DNA of 64,000 nt from an uncultured bacterium (GTDB lineage: Bacteria > Hydrothermota > E44-bin80). The stretch is taken from contig CAYMQB010000003.1 in the NCBI GenBank assembly GCA_964392665.1, positions 21,176 to 85,175 on the forward strand, read 5' to 3'. The notes below the pieces were generated by a model, which saw only the letters and a program-made list of their open reading frames with translations, was not told where the DNA came from and made no database searches. Made by a program: the position numbers and the translations under genes. Of this stretch, positions 63,574 to 64,000 are shown in pieces; the first letter of the stretch is position 1, and each line of letters starts with the position of its first letter.

Positions 63574-64000
63574 TTAACCACCCAGTGAAAGTATTTTCCC
63601 AACTGCTGCTTCCGATTGAGCCACTGAATCCTGAATATCTTTTGGATCCTGAGCACACCCTACAATAAATATTCCCTCTCTGGATGTCTCCACAGAGGCA
63701 ATTTCTGAATGCTTTTCAGCAAAGAACCCATGTTCGTCCTGAGAAATTCCAAGAATTTTAGCCAATTTCGATGCATCTTTTCTTGGTTCAAGTGCAGGTG
63801 AAAGAATTACCATATCTACTGGAAGACTACCTCCTTTATCATCAATTTTATACTTTACACTCATCCCTTTCTCTTCCTCTTTTACTGCAATATCATCAAA
63901 TCGAATTATATCTACTCCCATAGTTTTTGTTTGTTCATAGAACTTTTCATAGGATTTGCCTGGAATACAGAGGTCAGAACAAAATTCAGATATCTTAACA
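63574..64000 (-). CDS. HdrA-like flavoprotein, C-terminal part (gene continues beyond the window end)
   Basis: ...VDMVILSPALEPRKDASKLAKILGISQDEHGFFAEKH...GIFIVGCAQDPKDIQDSVAQSEAAVGKILSLGG* parallels the C-terminal region of 61905..63572. The frame stays open to position 64000. Confidence 0.7.
   Translation of the reverse strand, partial: VKISEFCSDLCIPGKSYEKFYEQTKTMGVDIIRFDDIAVKEEEKGMSVKYKIDDKGGSLPVDMVILSPALEPRKDASKLAKILGISQDEHGFFAEKHSEIASVETSREGIFIVGCAQDPKDIQDSVAQSEAAVGKILSLGG

Noticed and set aside
63570-63576. Possibility that the two HdrA ORFs are one selenoprotein gene read through a TGA
   Set aside because: The stop separating them is TAA (forward TTA at 63574..63576) and the downstream ORF is in a different frame with its own ATG and a complete FAD-binding N-terminus.
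1-64000. CRISPR arrays, rRNA or tRNA genes
   Set aside because: No spaced direct-repeat arrays, no rRNA-like conserved blocks and no tRNA cloverleaf candidates were seen. All sizeable intergenic regions are accounted for by promoters, MITEs or hairpins.

Overview
Low-GC (~35-40% by eye) chromosome segment from an anaerobic diderm bacterium (Lpt/LpxL, TolC, TonB, RND efflux, type IV pilins and sigma-54 all present). Gene map: the window opens at a Sua5/YrdC-LMW-PTP fusion gene divergent from dnaN, with no dnaA beside it. A rhomboid protease and a thiol-redox operon (Trx-fold protein, trxB, grx-like, TlpA-like) follow. Next come an outer-membrane protein, an NlpC/P60 lipoprotein and an XerD-like recombinase. 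An IS-like element sits between xerD and a tightly packed lpxL-lptC-lptA-lptB-rpoN-glnA-glnA' operon; it has perfect 29-bp terminal inverted repeats and carries a RAYT-like tyrosine transposase fused to a DnaA-C-like HTH domain. Further on are TonB and a pilD / pilin / ABC-transporter locus that resembles Myxococcus pilA-pilGHI-pilD, with a second pilin gene under a candidate sigma-54 promoter. Then come a GT9 heptosyltransferase, two mirror-image RND efflux operons (TolC-MFP-RND; the second ends in MarR), PhaR-like, PlsC and a 1003-aa polytopic membrane protein. The last ~22 kb is hydrogen metabolism: hypFCDEAB with a maturation protease, then two Mvh-type [NiFe] hydrogenase clusters. Cluster 1 is hdrA(MvhD-fused)-mvhG-mvhA-hdrC-hdrB. 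Cluster 2 is two HdrA-like, two FrhB/FdhB-like, two MvhD, a TauE-family membrane protein, a small unlisted ferredoxin-like ORF, then mvhG-mvhA, and has no HdrBC; I nominate this as a candidate undescribed flavin-based electron-bifurcating hydrogenase complex. Smaller signals: a four-copy MITE/REP-like repeat family (TIR GTCATTGCGAG); a decayed mvhD remnant; a near-consensus Rex operator at the hdrA promoter; a 26-bp perfect inverted repeat at the 3' end of the hydrogenase protease gene; palindromic operator candidates at the marR and phaR promoters; and an intrinsic terminator/attenuator between the pilin and ABC genes. I found no rRNA, tRNA or CRISPR. All calls rest on reading the sequence and on motif recognition; no database search was possible.
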